DNA from: Takakia lepidozioides
Lineage: Eukaryota > Plantae > Bryophyta
Direction: 5' to 3'
Length of the DNA stretch: 26,027 bases
NCBI GenBank assembly: GCA_030704615.1
Contig: JAKLZA010000044.1
Span: 1 to 26,027 of the forward strand
Positions 1 through 11,700 of the stretch are shown here, in pieces; the first letter of the stretch is position 1; each line of letters begins with the position of its first letter. Below the pieces are notes generated by a model. That model worked only from the letters and a program-made list of their open reading frames with translations. It did no database searches and was not told the origin of the DNA. Both the position numbers and the translations under genes were made by a program.

Positions 1-96
1 GATGCTAACACTGTGTTGCGCGTGCTCTGTTATCGTTGTGATGACACAGCATCAAAATTTTTGAAGAAGAGCTACCATTTGCCAAAGAAGGTGTAG
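1..96 (+). CDS. 3' end of Unc-13/MUN-domain (DUF810) protein, PATROL1-like (partial, last exon)
   Basis: Frame 1 translates to DANTVLRVLCYRCDDTASKFLKKSYHLPKKV* (TAG 94-96). This matches the recalled C-terminus of plant unc-13 homologues (NTxLRVLCYRNDxxAxKFLKKxYxLPKKL). Confidence 0.85.
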   Translation, partial: DANTVLRVLCYRCDDTASKFLKKSYHLPKKV

Positions 97-790
97 TAGC
101 TCTGTAATTGGTGTCAGGCAGTCAGGTTAAGTGTTGGTACCAGAAAAGCTTTTCCCTCCATAGGTATGTAGGACTCTGTATATTCTAGTGCCCTCTTTGT
201 ATAGGCAGACCGGGTTTTGTCCACCTCGAAAACACATTGCTGGTGGAAGTTGTATTGGAGGTGTTTTATTAGCTTTATTCTATTTAAGTGCAGTTGATCC
301 TCACTGGATAATGTCAATACAGAGTTTGTTCAGGGCTTGCTGCAAATTTTTTTCCCTTGTTCTGGCGGATCCAATTCCTCGAAGCAATTGAATCACAAGA
401 CAATTCAAATTTTTATTGGGAAGTGCCATATTACACAGAAAATGGTTGTCTCAAAGTAGCAGAACGTGTGCTGACTACAGATGGAGAGTTAGAATATCCC
501 GGTTAGAGGTTTGACTAGTCCTTCTGGTGCAATTTCACTAGGGTGAAAAGACGAGTTCCAGAGTCAGCATAATGATATGAGCAGATGTCTACCATGTTTT
601 TCTGCGATTGGGGATGTGTAAGTTACAATGGATCTTGCAGGACTGGAGTGGGCAAGATTGTAACCATTTAGTGAGCTGCGAGATATGGTGCAAAACACGA
701 TTGAGACTGGGATGAATAACAATTGAGCAACACCAATTTGATTTTCATTGTTTTGAGTAGAATAGTGTCAACACATTTCTGTTGTGCAAC

Positions 791-1120
791 CCCACAGGAA
801 CAAGTCCATCTGGAAGTGTTGGGAGCAGGTTGGTATCTCCACCAACAATTGCCCACCCAACCACCGCTAAAATGAAGTTTGTGGCAGGGTGGTGGCATTG
901 CAATCACCACACACCCAAGGGTTCTTGATAATGCCAAGTAGCCTTCTTGGGGCCGGCTTCTCATTGTAGCTGAGAGAATTCTAGTTGCTCATCCTCCACA
1001 GTTCAGGTTCGGATTGTCAGTTGTTTATCAACAATTGTATGTACCTGGAGGTCGACATCAATGCTGCTCTCTGGCTCATATCTGACACCACCGTCCTCCA
1101 TCATTTTTCTCACCTATTCT
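791..1120 (-). pseudogene. Decayed E2-end/PG-box/DYW deaminase domain remnant of the adjacent PPR gene
   Basis: Pieces in shifting frames, in the expected order: VRKMMEDGGVRYEPESSIDVDLQVHTIV (E2 end/PG-box region), NEKPA (about 952-966; HSEKLA-like), IIKNPWVCGDC (VCGDC 914-900), TNFILAVVGWAIVGGDTN (TKFISK..GR.I..RD.N-like), HF.DG, CSCG (802-791). Confidence 0.8.
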
Positions 1121-4100
1121 TTACCGCCCCACACCAGTGGCAACATATATGTTTGATAGCGGCTTATAAGTTGCTGCGTCCTGTGAATCCCCCTTGAGGA
1201 GGGATTTTGCTGCACGTTCTGCTAGCTCTACATTCCCATGTACTCTGCAGGCACCAAGCAAGGCCCCCCAAACCGAAGCATCTGCTTCCATTGGCATTTT
1301 ATTGATAAAATCCTCTGCCTCATTCAATCGCCCCCCACGCCCAAGAAGATCCACCATGCAGCCAAAATGCTCCACTGTAGGACTGAGGCCATAATCTTGA
1401 CTCATGCATGCAAAATAGTGATAGCCTTCATTCACTAGCCCCACATAGCTACATGCACAGAGAAGAGAAACAAAGGTGATACCATCTGGCTTGAACCCTT
1501 CCTGTTGCATTTGATCAAATATTTGGAGGGCTTCTCTAGCACAGCCATGCTGACCATATCCGGCGATCATTGCATTCCATGAGACCACATTTCGTTCAGT
1601 CATACTATCAAACACTTGACGTGCGTCCTTTACGCTCCCACATTTGGCATACATGTCAACAAAGGTATTCTCCAAATTAATATATGAGGGTTCTCCAGAT
1701 TTAATGATGTCAGCATGGACTTCCTTGCCCTTTTCTAGAGCTCCGAGGCTGGCGCACACATTGAGAACACAAATAAATGTGACCTTGTCCGGGGTCATCC
1801 CTACATGTATCATTTGCTCATACATCTCCAAAGCCTCCCTACCACACCCATGCTGAGCATATCCTGCCATCATCACGTTCCACGAGACCACATCTGGTTC
1901 AGCCATATTGTCAAAGACTTCATGTGCATCCTTGACACTCCCGCAATTGGCATACATGTCAGCAAGGGCAGTCTCCAGGATGGTATCTGGCGCTGTTCCA
2001 ACTTTGATGATATCAGCATGGACATCCTTGCCCTTCTCCAGGACGCCTAGGCGCGCACACACATTGAGAATGCAAATGAAAGTGACTTTGTCTGGTGTCA
2101 CCCCTTCCCGTATCATTTGCTCATACATCGTGAAAGCTTCCCTGTCACACCCATGGTGAGCATATCCTGTGATCATTGTGCAGAATGAGACCACATCTCG
2201 TTTAGTCATAGTGTCAAACACTTGACGTGCATCCTTTATGCTCCCACATTTGGCATACATATCAACGAGGGCAGTCTCGAGAACGATATCTTGTGCAATT
2301 CCCGCTTTGACTATGTCACCATGAACCTCTTTGCCCTTTTCCAGGGCTCCTGAGCTGGCACACACATTGAGAGCACAAGTGAACACAATGCTGTCAGGCA
2401 TCACACCTTCCTGCATCAATTGCTTATACATCTCAAAAGCCTCTTCACTATGCCCATGCTGAGCATATCCTGTGATGATCGTGCTCCATGAGACTATATT
2501 TCGTTCAGCCATATTGTCAAAAACTTGACGTGAGTCTTCCATGCTACCACATTTGGCATACATGTTAACGAGAGTATTCTCCAAATTTACATATGACACA
2601 ATTCCAGCTTTGATGATGTCAGCATGGACCTCTTTGCCTTGATCCAGGGCTCCTAGATTGGCGCAGACATTGAGAACACAGAGATACGTCACCCTGTTGG
2701 GTGTCACTTGGTCGGAACGCATTTGCTCGTAGATACTTAAAGCCTCCTTATCAAATCCAAGCTGAGTATATCCAGAGATCATCGTGTTAAATGAGATCTC
2801 ATTTCGGTGAGCAATATTGTCGAACACTTGACAGGCATCCTTCATGCTCCTGCATTTGGCATACATGTCAACAAGGGTATTCTCCAAATTTACATACGGC
2901 GCAATTCCAGCTTTCATGATGTCAGCATGGACCTCTTTCCCCTTTTTGAGGGCTCCTAGGCTGGCACAAGCATTGAGAACACAAATGAATGTGACCCTAT
3001 CAGGTGTCACCCCATCTTGTTGCATTTGATCATAGGTCTCCAAAGCCTCCTTACCACACCCATGTTGAGCATAGCCTGTGATCATGGTGTTCCATGAGAC
3101 CACATTTCGTTGCGCCATATTGTTGAAAACTTGATATGCATTCTTCATGCTCCCACATTTAGCATACATGTCCACAAGGGTATTCCCCACATTTATATGT
3201 AACACAGTTCCAGATTTGATAATTTCAGCATGGACCTCTTGGCCCTTTTCAAGGACTCCTAGGCTGGCACACGCATTGAGAACACAGATGAATGTGACCC
3301 TGTCAGGTGGGACCTGTTCCTGTTGCATTTGCTCGTAGATCTGGAGAGCCTCCCTACCACACCCATGTTGTGCATATCCTGCGAGCATAGCATTCCATGA
3401 GACAACATTTCGTTTAGCCATATTGTCGAACACTTGATGTGCATCCTTCATGCTCTCACATTTGGCATACATGTCTATAAGAGTATTCTCCAGATTTATA
3501 TATGATACAATTCCAGATTTGATGATGTCAGCATGGACCTCTTTGCCCTTTCCCAGAGCTCCTAGGCTGGCACATGCTTTGAGAATGCAAATGAATGTGA
3601 CCTTGTTGGGTGGCACCCCTTTCAGTTCCATTACCTCATAGATCTGGAAAGCCTCTCTACAACACCCATGCTGGACATATCCTGCAACCATGGCATTCCA
3701 TGAAACCACATCTCGAGTAGTCATTTTGTCGAACACTTCATGCGCATCCATCATGCTCCCGCATTTGGCATAAAGGTCAACAAGGGCAGTCTCCAGGATG
3801 ATATCTGGTGCAACTCCAGCTTTGATGATGTTGGCATGGACTTCTTTTCCCTTTTCCAGGGCTCCTAGGCTTGCACATGCATTGAGAACACAAATGAATG
3901 TAACTTTGTCGGGTGTCTCCCCTTCATGTATCATTTGCTCATAGATCTCCAAAGCCTCCCTACCAAATCCATGCTTGGCATATGCTGCTATCATTATAGT
4001 CCATGTAAACACGTTCCGTTCAGGCATTTTGTCAAACACTTGGCGTGAATCTTCCACACTCCCGCACTTGGCATACATGTTCATAAGGGTGTTGAGTAGA

Positions 4101-4414
4101 AAAATATTTGGCTTGAATCCAGTTTGGATAATGTGGTCATGCACCTGCCTTCCCTCTGCTAGCCCTTTCATATCGATGCACTCCTGCAAGACATGGACGT
4201 AGGTCATGGAGCCGACTCGACTGCCTTGTTGATTTAAAATGTGCAGCGCCTCCTTCGGCTGTCCCAACTTACATAGTATCCTCATATCCCTAAAATTGCC
4301 AGAGGAGGTCTGGTTGACTCTGTCTCGTGGTCCTCTAGAAGCAGCGGAGGCACTGGAGGTTTGACTGCTAGTCTGATGTCCAACAAACAACTGTGCCTGA
4401 CTCAACCCTGCCAT
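1121..4414 (-). CDS. PLS-class pentatricopeptide repeat protein (1097 aa) ending in E1/truncated E2; organellar RNA-editing-factor type
   Basis: Intronless ORF with nine YAKCGS-type S motifs at a 101-aa/303-bp period (PLS triplets). Ends in P2-L2-S2 (EHFGCMVDLLGRGG) and E motifs (SVWGALLGACRVHG; AATYKPLSNIY). The Ser/Ala-rich N-terminus is compatible with a transit peptide. Confidence 0.95.
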   Translation of the reverse strand: MAGLSQAQLFVGHQTSSQTSSASAASRGPRDRVNQTSSGNFRDMRILCKLGQPKEALHILNQQGSRVGSMTYVHVLQECIDMKGLAEGRQVHDHIIQTGFKPNIFLLNTLMNMYAKCGSVEDSRQVFDKMPERNVFTWTIMIAAYAKHGFGREALEIYEQMIHEGETPDKVTFICVLNACASLGALEKGKEVHANIIKAGVAPDIILETALVDLYAKCGSMMDAHEVFDKMTTRDVVSWNAMVAGYVQHGCCREAFQIYEVMELKGVPPNKVTFICILKACASLGALGKGKEVHADIIKSGIVSYINLENTLIDMYAKCESMKDAHQVFDNMAKRNVVSWNAMLAGYAQHGCGREALQIYEQMQQEQVPPDRVTFICVLNACASLGVLEKGQEVHAEIIKSGTVLHINVGNTLVDMYAKCGSMKNAYQVFNNMAQRNVVSWNTMITGYAQHGCGKEALETYDQMQQDGVTPDRVTFICVLNACASLGALKKGKEVHADIMKAGIAPYVNLENTLVDMYAKCRSMKDACQVFDNIAHRNEISFNTMISGYTQLGFDKEALSIYEQMRSDQVTPNRVTYLCVLNVCANLGALDQGKEVHADIIKAGIVSYVNLENTLVNMYAKCGSMEDSRQVFDNMAERNIVSWSTIITGYAQHGHSEEAFEMYKQLMQEGVMPDSIVFTCALNVCASSGALEKGKEVHGDIVKAGIAQDIVLETALVDMYAKCGSIKDARQVFDTMTKRDVVSFCTMITGYAHHGCDREAFTMYEQMIREGVTPDKVTFICILNVCARLGVLEKGKDVHADIIKVGTAPDTILETALADMYANCGSVKDAHEVFDNMAEPDVVSWNVMMAGYAQHGCGREALEMYEQMIHVGMTPDKVTFICVLNVCASLGALEKGKEVHADIIKSGEPSYINLENTFVDMYAKCGSVKDARQVFDSMTERNVVSWNAMIAGYGQHGCAREALQIFDQMQQEGFKPDGITFVSLLCACSYVGLVNEGYHYFACMSQDYGLSPTVEHFGCMVDLLGRGGRLNEAEDFINKMPMEADASVWGALLGACRVHGNVELAERAAKSLLKGDSQDAATYKPLSNIYVATGVGR

Positions 4415-5067
4415 CCTGCATGACTGACTCTTGTTACAGACCTTTACACTCTTAACTCATGTACTTCATCCGGGTGGGGGGGGGTTTGGGGGTCCTAGAC
4501 ACCTCAAAAAAAGATCCCTCCATGAGGACACACATTATACTCCCAATTTTAAGGGTCAGGAAACACTCTAATTATCCAATCTCAAAATAAACTAGTACCA
4601 AGTCTCCTTGTTTGAGTTGGAATCCTTGAATCATTGTCAAAACAATACCCCAATAATTCGCAAACTGGGGCTGCATAGTGGACATCCACATTAGAATCAT
4701 CACTAGATTGTGGCTGATGTGGCTCTGCTATCATCCAAGGACGGTTTGACCAGCCCTCAATCCAGAGGACCTCCATTGTGTGCGAAGTCTGGATTTCTTG
4801 GACTTCCCTGTGACAACCACCACCCTGCAGTTGAGCAGCCATAGCAACCTTGCAAAGATCAGGCTACAAGCACCAAAGCTCCAAGCATCTTTCAATTCAC
4901 TCGGTAAGAGCTAACAGGGAGAAAGGCCCTTGTTGCTGAATCTTAATGGTAAAGCATAGGAGGCAATTTGTCTCTCTTTCTCTATTGGAAGCTTATCATC
5001 GATTGCTTAGAGTTTGATATGCCGTGTCGAGGCTATAACCAGAACCAAACATCAGTGCTACGCAGCA

Positions 5068-5695
5068 TCTGTGCAGACATGCACCTTACATGATTGCCTC
5101 CCACTTGTCTTCTTCTCATTGCCACATGGCGACTGGAACTCTCACATTAGAGTGAGACTGGAACTCTCAGATTATGCTTCCTGTGTCTCAGCAGATAATG
5201 TTAGTACCTTAAAGCTCACTCTAATGATCGATACCTTCCGAACGGCTGCTCGGAGGCTCCTTAATGCATACACTCCAGGCACGCGGCATGGGTCACTCTG
5301 CTTCCTCACTCTTGCCCTTAGCCCCTCGGTCGTCAGTCACAAGTTCTAAAACATGCCCGCCGCTATTCAGAAGACGCTCCTTCAATCTGAGCAGGCATGC
5401 ACCTACATGATTGCCTCCCACTTGTCTTCTGCACATTGCTTTTCCACATGCCGGCGGCTGAAACTCTCAGACCATGCTTCATGTGTCTCAACAGATAATG
5501 CTAGTACCTCAAGCTCAGTAAAACGATCGATACCTTCCGAACGGCTGCTCGGAGGCTCCTTACTGCATACACTCCAGGCACGCAGCATCGTCACTCTGCC
5601 TCCTCACACTTTTGCAGACAATGTTATCAGCCCCTCAGCCGTCAGTCACAAGTTCGATAACATCATAGCGGCCGCTCCCCCGAAGGCTCCTTCAA
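5068..5695. repeat. Diverged tandem duplication, two units of about 318 and 310 bp
   Basis: 5068-5385 and 5386-5695 share long blocks such as TACATGATTGCCTCCCACTTGTCTTCT, GATCGATACCTTCCGAACGGCTGCTCGGAGGCTCCTTA and CGTCAGTCACAAGTTC. Confidence 0.9.
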
Positions 5696-5875
5696 ACTTA
5701 AATCAACCAAAGATCAGAGTTTCACGCTCAATTCGTAGCCGCAATCCATAGCCAGGTCTGCAGTAATGATACATGCTTGAAACTCGGAGCGATGGTCCAC
5801 AGTACATAGTTCCCTAGACACATCAACCACACCAGTGTCGGCGTATATGTTGTTTGATCCGTTTCGTTAGACGAC

Positions 5876-5924
5876 GATGACGTGGCTACGATGTGGCTAC
5901 AATGATGTGGCTACGATGACGTGG
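5876..5924 (+). promoter_or_regulatory. Cluster of ABRE/bZIP-like ACGTGG motifs in a short tandem repeat
   Basis: Four degenerate GATGACGTGGCTAC units; TGACGTGGC at 5878-5886 and TGACGTGG at 5917-5924. About 350 bp upstream of the ATG at 6269. Confidence 0.4.
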
Positions 5925-6268
5925 ATTGGAACTAACATTACCACGCCGAATCCAGCGCATGAAACCATATGGCATGCAATGTGATCGAGGGGACAAGCAT
6001 GAGCGCGCGCCGATGACGAGCAGCGATCGTGGCGTGATCGATCTGAGAGCGAGACTCGTGTGCTCCGACGCAGCGACCACGAAGAGAGAGACGCAACCGC
6101 CTATAGCCGGTCACCAGCCGGTGGCGAAGCGTGGGAACTCCACTTCTGGCCTGCTGCTGTCTGCGGACTGCTGTGAGAGAGTTTGTTGCATTCTTGGTGG
6201 AGGAGTCGGAAGAGTTAGTATCGGGAGAAGTAGAGGGATACTTAGGGTGATCGAAGGGGATCCCCGCC

Positions 6269-6856
6269 ATGGAGAATGTTGGTTGCAAGCAGGCCATTAT
6301 GATGGTTTCCATTATAGTACTTGTACTTCAGCAGAGAAGACTTACAGTGGGAGCTCAAGGTCCAGGTGCTGCACCGTCTCTTGCTGTAGGGCCGGTGGCT
6401 TCCTCGCCAGCATTGTCACCTACATTGAGGGGTGGAGGTGGAGCTCCAGTGTCAAGCAGAGGACCGTCCCCTGCAGGCCAACCTCGAGTGTCGTCAGGTC
6501 CAGTTCAGGCGCCATTGGCTACTAGTGCAGGTGCATCTCCTAGTTCACCTCCGGTTGGATCTCCAAATGCGGTACGCAACCCAGTATCCGTCACCCCCAC
6601 CGCAGCAACGCAAGCTATCTCTCCACCTGCTCCTCCCTCTACCTTTCAGCCCGTGTCAGGTCCAGCTTCGCCGATCGGCACAGCAGTAGCGGAGACATCA
6701 AAGAAGAGTAGTGGGTTAAGCGGAGGAGCAAAAGCAGGGGTAGCTGTTGTCGTGATCGGTGCGGCTTTGTCTGCAGCAGGCGGCATTTTCATCTACAAGA
6801 AGAGGCAAGAAAACCTTCAACGGGCGAGCTATGGTGGTCGGGGCTTTGAACTTTAA
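6269..6856 (+). CDS. Arabinogalactan-protein-like single-pass membrane protein (APAP1/AGP57C-like family)
   Basis: Hydrophobic N-terminal signal and a Pro/Ala/Ser/Thr-rich body with AP/SP/TP dipeptides. These are followed by SGLSGGAKAG, a transmembrane helix and YKKRQENLQRASYG, the recalled C-terminal signature of this family. Confidence 0.85.
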   Translation: MENVGCKQAIMMVSIIVLVLQQRRLTVGAQGPGAAPSLAVGPVASSPALSPTLRGGGGAPVSSRGPSPAGQPRVSSGPVQAPLATSAGASPSSPPVGSPNAVRNPVSVTPTAATQAISPPAPPSTFQPVSGPASPIGTAVAETSKKSSGLSGGAKAGVAVVVIGAALSAAGGIFIYKKRQENLQRASYGGRGFEL

Positions 6857-8755
6857 AGACTCTGTTTGTACCTTAGAAGCTGTCTCCATTTGAGGAGATC
6901 CAAATATTGTTGAGGGAATTGTCATCTCCGAGAAGTTTGACCATCACCATTCAGCCCCATCTACAGCTTCGAGCTCTCGATGGGGCACAGAGTGCCAGAT
7001 CCGTCCCAGGACTGGTAATAGGTAGGCTTTCCTACTTTACATGCATGTAGGTGATTCTGTGGTGTGGCAGAAATGCATGTTCATTCTGGCACCACTTTAT
7101 TCTTTCTCGTGGCTTTGAAGACACGTTTAGGCTCTGATAGACTCCTGCCTTAGTGTGGGGAACTTAGCCGCAGATGCAAGTTTCTGCTTGGCTACTTGGT
7201 ACACATTTATTTCGAGATTAAATGTCCACTCATCGATCATTGGACCATCTCCTTGGCATCAAATAAAGAACACTTCAGATTTCATAAAAGGCTGTATGGA
7301 CTACAGTCTAGCAGCAGCATGTAACCATTACTGTGTGTGGGGAACACTTTATAGATGGTCTGCAATGTGTGTTGCTTATTCCAATAGCTTGGGTGCTAAA
7401 ACGTTTTCATTTACCTTCATCAGATTGCAGGACTCTCTATGTTCTAGTCCCTTTTGGATTCATAAAGATTCATCTTGTATATGCCAAGAGATTAACTGCG
7501 GATGAGTGCACATCCCTGTCATTGCTGAGAATCTGAGGGTTTCACAGAACTTCTACACTTGCAAGTGTTGTGAGCCCAGATACTTGAAGAAAACAGGGAA
7601 GCTCACAAGAGTTCATAATACCCTCAGCAACCTCTGAACACGCCAGTGAGGTAAGGTCACTTCTTACAGGCAGATTTGTTATCCAACAGCCTGTCGGAAC
7701 TCTGGGCATTCCACTCTTGTAGACCGCCCTCTGAGTAGGCTCAATGGTCTCTCATAACATCAAAGATGATGCTGCGTCGTGCTTCTCTACTTCTAGTCAA
7801 GCCTTGTACTGCAGTTCTACAGTCAGACATTGTCACTTGATTGTGGTTTGATGTATGTGGAGCAGTTGTAATGCACTGTCAGGGTGAAGTTTCTGTGTGT
7901 TTGCAATGAGGTTACCACATGTAACATTCCCACATCAAGGTCATCAACAAACCAGTATATTTAGATTGACATGACAACCTCTGGGACTTTGACAACCTTT
8001 GGAACTCTGAAATTGTCCATCTTTGGAACATACATGGGATAGTAGCCTATCTGAGCAGACAGTGAGACCAAGTGTAGAAATCAATTTGTGGTGGCCACAC
8101 TCCCATTTGTCTTGGCAATAGAAACACATTGTGACCATGGGAATAAAATCAGTATAATAATTGAATTGAATAGACATCTTTTGGTGGGGAGCTCATAAGA
8201 AGAGATAATCTTCCAGATAAAAATGAGCTTCTGTTGTTCCAGCCACACCACATTCAGATATCTTTCTGCAATGACACCCTGTCCGTAAAATGAACTAGCT
8301 CTGAAAGAGAGCTAGATATAAAGAGCAAGGGCTTTGTAAATGGGTAAGAAAGCACTAGGATGAGACAGTGCCCCGGAACAGTGACCATTAAGTGAAGGGA
8401 GGGTAAACCAGACAGACAGACACTACAAACCTGTTGTAGAGTTACACAACTAACAGTCTGCAGCTTGCACTGAGACAATGTTGACATCCACATGACACAA
8501 TCTTAGCATGGCCATGGTAGGTGACTACAACCTAATAGTGGACATACACAAGCAAAAAATGAATTTACATATGGTAAATGTGAAGCTCCCTCCAAATTGC
8601 CCCCACAGCAACCTGTTATGTACAGTCGGTTTCGAGCAAGAAGAAAATCTTGGGCCAGAGCGCTTCTTGCTATGAGGCAAGAATGCAAGTGACAAGACTG
8701 TCATCCTCTTACATGTACACTAGACGTCGAGAGAGAGTCAGCCAGCCACCCCATA

Positions 8756-11700
8756 TCAACCATTTACCATGCCAGATTGGCATACAGGAATGTAATTCCT
8801 AGAGAACTCAAGCTGGCCTGAACATGCTGATGGCATGGTCATGGATGCCCGAGATATGACATTACTAGATGAGAGACGGTTAACTGCCATGCCTGCTCCG
8901 AGCACTCCATTCTCCTCTGCTTGGCAACCAAGCCACACACATGAAAGGCGAGCCCAAGCAGCTGAGGCACGAGCGACACTTACTGCACTCACAACACTCC
9001 GGGCTGCAATGAAGCGCATTCTATAGACCATCCCAAGCTCGTTCCACATCTCATTTCCGATGAGCCCTGCATCCTGGATGCCCTCATAGCCAGCCAGGTC
9101 TGTACTGCTCACAAAAACTGGTGAGTCCTCGTTGTTCGTATGGCCTCCATCATCACTGTCAGTGTTTCCCATATTATCAGTGGTTGAAAATGTCATCAGG
9201 GAGGACGGGGGTGATAATGCAGGCAACGATTGTGCCATGATTGCCCCATGCATTTGTCTACTATACTCCTGAACAGCCTGCATCAACAGAAGGGAAGACA
9301 CAAGTGTGTCCATGAATTATACTCATAAACGCTTCCCTGCAAACATGACACTTCAGGGCAGGACAACAGTAGACTAAGATACATGTGCATCTTAAGAGAA
9401 TGTACTCATAAGACGTTGTGTGCTGTAGCCTTGTGGCCATTGACCCCGCGCCCAGTTTGGGCGGAACACAAAGGGACAGAACCTACCTTTGTCAGGGGCT
9501 GACGCTGGTAGTAAGACTTACATTGGAATAAACAATTGATAAACAACTGCATCTTAAGAGAGAAAGATGGAAAGAAGGCAGCCTCGAGGGCATCAGCTAC
9601 ATACATGCACGAGTCAGAAAACAGAACATGAAGAAAGAATTTACCCGCCATTGAGCAGTTGCCAGTAGCACACGAGGTCTCCTTGCCCGCACATACTGCA
9701 GAGCATCTAGAGGTGCCATTCCCCTATGCTTCACCTGCCAAACACACCCACACCATCTGGCTTTGAGAACTATGACAAATTCCACCAATGTCAGGACAGT
9801 GCTAGAAGCACCACATCCTGTGAGCATTGATCTCTAGCAACAACAATATGCCAGATCCACTTCAGACTGGCTTTGGACACAGGTAAACTTCCATCAGCCT
9901 TCTGGTTTAACAACTAGTAACATGTTAAAAATCAGTACAAAGATGCAATGGAGAGAGTGCTGATGGGGACACTCTAGGCCGTCAACTCACCAAATAGCAA
10001 AGCACAACAGTGGTGCTACGGCCACGGCCTGCCTTGCAATGTACATAGGTAGTCTCCCTTCGCTGCACATGATCTGTTCAACAAATAAAACAGCTGCATT
10101 AGCCAAAAGGAAAGCACTGTGTTTCAAGGTCATACACCATCTTCGTAGGGCTGGACAATCCTCACACTCATAACAAATGAGTTGGCTACAAGACTCTTCG
10201 ATCCACAAAGACCTGTCAAAACCAGAAACCCCAGTTTTCAAGAAGTATGTGAACTAATCCAAGTCCCAAAGACAGAAAAAAGGCGGTGAATCACCTATGT
10301 CTCTCCTCAGGAGGATGTGGGATCGGGAACACTTTAGTCCTTGCATGGAAATTAGTCCTTACATGGAAACTTATATAAACATACTGGGAACCTCCTGGAC
10401 CCAAGTAATGCCAGTAAGTTTTTTGCACTGCTGTGCCTCCCCTGTGGGGTAGACACAATAAACTCGCTATGACAGAAAACTGAGTATCTCAAGAGAAGAA
10501 TTGCTTCAATCCGGGTGTATATGTCCCTTTATAGAGGGACCCCTCTAGACCGTTCATTCAGCATTCAAAAGGTACTACCTGTTCCTAGGTATTACCAAAA
10601 AGCTATACCCACATGTAACTTTCACATCCCAACATTATCCAATTTTCTATGAACCCCACACTTAACATTGAAAGATGAATATCTTTACTGGACAGATTAA
10701 TTTCCAATAGCCGCCCGGGAGAGCACCTGCCAGGCCTCTTGCAACTGTCTGTGATCTGCAATTCTATGTTGGTCTAAATTGTTCTGGTCAACTGGCTAGC
10801 TCCTTAAACTTCTGCAGAATAACATAAAGAAAGAAGCTAACCATGGATGAAGTCCACAGCCCGTCGAATATCTGAAAAGGATGGAGCAAAAAGATAGTCC
10901 CTCGTAGGAATCACCAAATGCTTGATTGCATGCTCCTGGCCAAATTGACAATGGGAATAGATCATTAGCTACCACATGACCAACATACAAAATTGTAAGA
11001 GATGTTTCATGGGCAATAGCCTGCTAACTTGATCTATAATGTACCCTTGAGGGCACAGTCCTCAGAGCCCACAGTACACACTAATCCTACTGGACTGGCT
11101 GTGAGCAACGAGAGAGAGAGACAGACACAGATTTGTGCTCACCAAACAAATGCTTTACAATCACAACAGCTGCGCTAACCTTCCAGTCCATGCAATCTCT
11201 TCTGATTTCAATGAAAATGGAATGCCGTCACCCCTCACAGCCAGGCCATCCCAGTTAGGAGAGAGAGCGCAGGGAGAAAAGGGCACCTGGTACATGGAGG
11301 TAGGTACAAGGGTTTCATAAGACTCGTTGAGGGTAACCACAGCATGCACACCAATGCCCTTGAGCCGAACTACATCCCCTGGGAAAGGGACAGCGCCCAG
11401 CAACAAATACTGCACACCAGTTCCAACACTAGAAAACCTGTCAAAAATCGGCGAAATGTAAAATATGCATATCCTGACCTTATGAATAACATCGGACACC
11501 TAATCGCACAAAAACACAGGTCTACAACCATCAATGGGCAACTATTCTTCAGTGTATACACAGAATCTGCCAGAGATGGGGGCAATGCCAATTGTTACCA
11601 CCCGAAACGGCCACACTAGTAGCCCTTAATCCCAGCTTGAAAGACAGATTTGATTAGCCAAACCTTCACTAAAATCAATAACTCAATCTGTAATATTTGT

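Noticed and set aside
4730-4900. Possible SMR-domain remnant (ARLLWLL...VVVVTGKSKKSR, minus strand)
   Set aside because: The resemblance is too short and fragmentary to support without a profile search.
5926-6525. 199-aa ORF and other ORFs overlapping the AGP-like gene or antisense to the PPR
   Set aside because: Alternative-frame shadows of GC-rich or repetitive coding sequence, with no recognisable motifs.
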